NCBI RefSeq assembly: GCF_000181795.1
Contig: NW_003526941.1
Span: forward strand, 3,102,195 to 3,157,279
Direction of reading: 5' to 3'
Length of the DNA: 55,085 bases
DNA from: Trichinella spiralis
Lineage: Eukaryota
The position numbers and the translations under genes were made by a program. Under the pieces are notes generated by a model that ran no database searches, was not told the origin of the DNA, and saw nothing but the letters and a program-made list of their open reading frames with translations. How positions within the stretch are numbered: the first letter of the stretch is position 1; each line of letters begins with the position of its first letter. Below, one piece after another: positions 53,212 to 55,085 of this stretch.

Positions 53212-54018
53212 TGCTAGGCAGCCTCAGGCTTAGCTTACGGCGTTGCCTAGGGTCAACCTTCAGGCGTTGCCTGGGGCTTAATTTTTGAAAATCTTGAAAG
53301 CTTTTAGAAATTTTGCCGGAGGCGTAGCCCCAAGCGTAGCCTGAGGGTAAATATTTTTTTAAATTTGCTTGAAGCATAGCCTGAAGGCACATGTTTTTTT
53401 AGAAATATCCTGAGGCATAGCCTGAGGGGTAAAATTTTTTTTAAATTGCCTGAAGCGTAGCCTAAGGCNNNNNNNNNNNNNNNNNNNNNNNNNNNNNNNN
53501 NNNNNNNNNNNNNNNNNNNNNNNNNNNNNNNNNNNNNNNNNNNNNNNNNNNNNNNNNNNNNNNNNNNNNNNNNGAGGGTAAATATTTTTTAAATTGCTGA
53601 AGCATAGCTGAAGCACATGTTTTTTTAGAATATCTGAGGCATAGCTGAGGGGTAAAATTTTTTTAAAATTCCTGAAGCGTAGCCTAAGGCGTAGCCTTGG
53701 GCTAATTTTTTGAAAATCTTGAAATACTTTTGCGATTTACGAAAATTTTGCCGGAGGCGTACCCCCGAGCATAGCCTGAGGGTAAATATTTTTTTAAATT
53801 TGCCTGAAGCATAGCCCGAAGACACATGTTTTTTTAGAAATAGCTTGAGGCATAGCCTGAGGGGTAAAAATTTTTTTTAAATTGCCTGAAGCGTAGCCGA
53901 GGGCGTAGCCTGAGGGCAAATTTATCAAAAATTCAGAAGAATTGTAAATGTTAAGGCGTAGCTTAAGGCATAGCGTAAGGCGTAGCCTGAGGGTATTATA
54001 GGGGCGTAACCCTACGGA
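53212..54018. repeat. Satellite of near-palindromic 12-mers (AGGCRTAGCCTR) interleaved with A/T tracts, with higher-order ~125-200 bp repeats
   Basis: Recurrent ggc(g/a)tagcctgagg. The block gagggtaaatattttt...gcgtagcctaaggc occurs at ~53344, ~53574 and ~53779. Confidence 0.85.
53469..53573. other. Assembly gap (105 N)
   Basis: Run of n inside the satellite. Confidence 1.
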
Positions 54019-54253
54019 ATGTATAGAGTGTAGCTTTAGATAAGATAGGGCATGGAATTTTCTGATGTTACTCATACTTATCTTCCTCATGCTTGTTTCT
54101 TTCTCTTACTCTTCATGTTACCTTACTTCATGTTTAATCTTCCTTATGTTCTACTCTCTTCCTTGATCATTTGATGTATTCTTCCTCCTATTTCTAGTGA
54201 CGGGTAGTCTAATCTTGAATCTAAAATGTTTTGTAGTAATAGCTGGAACTTAC

Positions 54254-55035
54254 CGCGAATCTTGCCAGTGGTGATCTCCTTGTAAATCGATTGCCACAGT
54301 TTCTTCGGAGGGCTTTACGATATTGACTGCGCCTGAAAAATAGAAATGATCAGGTGATTTTTAATTCACATTTAATTTATACTTACTTTGAGTGACAGGG
54401 TGAAAATTCAGACTTAGTGCATTCCCGTCTTGTTTCTTCTCCTTGCATTGGATGGATTCTGTCGATGAACAGTGACGCCTGTAAAACAAACTGAATCAAT
54501 TTTAGTAGATTACTGTCACTTACTTATGAAGGAAAACGTGAAGGACTTTAAGTCATTTAAATACCATTTCAGCCAGATTCTCAGATACAAGATGCCTGAA
54601 AGAGACGAGCAAAATCAAATTTAGTGCTTAATTTATTCTACTCTTAATTTATTCTTATACCTTACCAGGAACAGTCCAATTCTGCTTTTTTTATTTTCAA
54701 TGGATTGGTATTGTCAGTGGAAACCTGTGCCTGTAAAATAAAGGGAATTAAATTTAGCTGTTTACTGTCACTTACCTACTTATTACTTACTTAAGGTAAA
54801 CGTGACCACCACTCATGAAAAATCACGCTTGTTATTCCAATGCAACCAGATTTTCATCCTTCTTCCTCTTTAAGACATGATACAAGATGCCTGAAAGTTA
54901 GACGTGTTCAAAATCAAATTTAGTGCTTAAAATTACTTACGTTTGATGACAGTCAAAGAGTTATTCTTGCTCACAGTCCATTACCGCAGTCTTTTTTGAT
55001 TTTCAATGGATTGGTATTATCAGTGAAACATGTGT
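54254..55035 (-). other. Tandemly duplicated array of six small exon-like segments (spliced lncRNA, UTR or pseudogene); continues beyond the window
   Basis: Segments 55035-54941, 54890-54791, 54730-54666, 54595-54524, 54478-54387 and 54332-54254 each have a TTTCAG/TTACAG acceptor and a GTAAG donor, with 45-70 nt introns. A ~295-bp duplication is visible (gatacaagatgcctgaaag at ~54584 and ~54879). Confidence 0.6.
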
Positions 55036-55085
55036 CTGTAAATAAACGGAATCAAATTTAATACTTAATTACTTAATTTCCTACT

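Noticed and set aside
52895..54090. ORFs over the terminal repeats (Pro/Ser-rich 165 aa, etc.) and a CRISPR-like appearance
   Set aside because: These are translations of satellites. The context is eukaryotic, spacers are repeated rather than unique, and there are no cas genes.

Overview
AT-rich, intron-dense eukaryotic DNA with short (~45-90 nt) GT-AG introns and TTTCAG-type acceptors. It is most consistent with a clade I nematode such as Trichinella; this is an inference from the MSP-domain gene, the CAP-family array and the intron style. I reconstructed 15 protein-coding genes by hand. In order: the 3' end of RIC1; SRF with a 5-kb intron and ~6 kb of gene-free upstream DNA; dpy-30; an intronless MSP-domain protein with an acidic hexapeptide repeat; a ~15-kb run of five predicted secreted proteins (a CUB-CUB-CUB-LDLa serine-protease homologue lacking all three catalytic residues, a Cys-rich orphan, and three tandem CAP/SCP genes each fused to a single-exon DUF5648-like domain); then a compact housekeeping block (CDC6, glutaminyl cyclase, CCDC97, TBCB, FRMD8, ChaC). 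The right end holds a 17-bp G-rich minisatellite, a palindromic 12-mer satellite spanning an assembly gap, and a tandemly duplicated array of small spliced exons that appears non-coding. The best candidates for something new are the CAP-DUF5648 array and surrounding secretome island, the dead modular protease, two pre-miRNA-like hairpins at ~36-37 kb, and the non-coding exon array. Gene identities come from recalled family motifs, not database searches.
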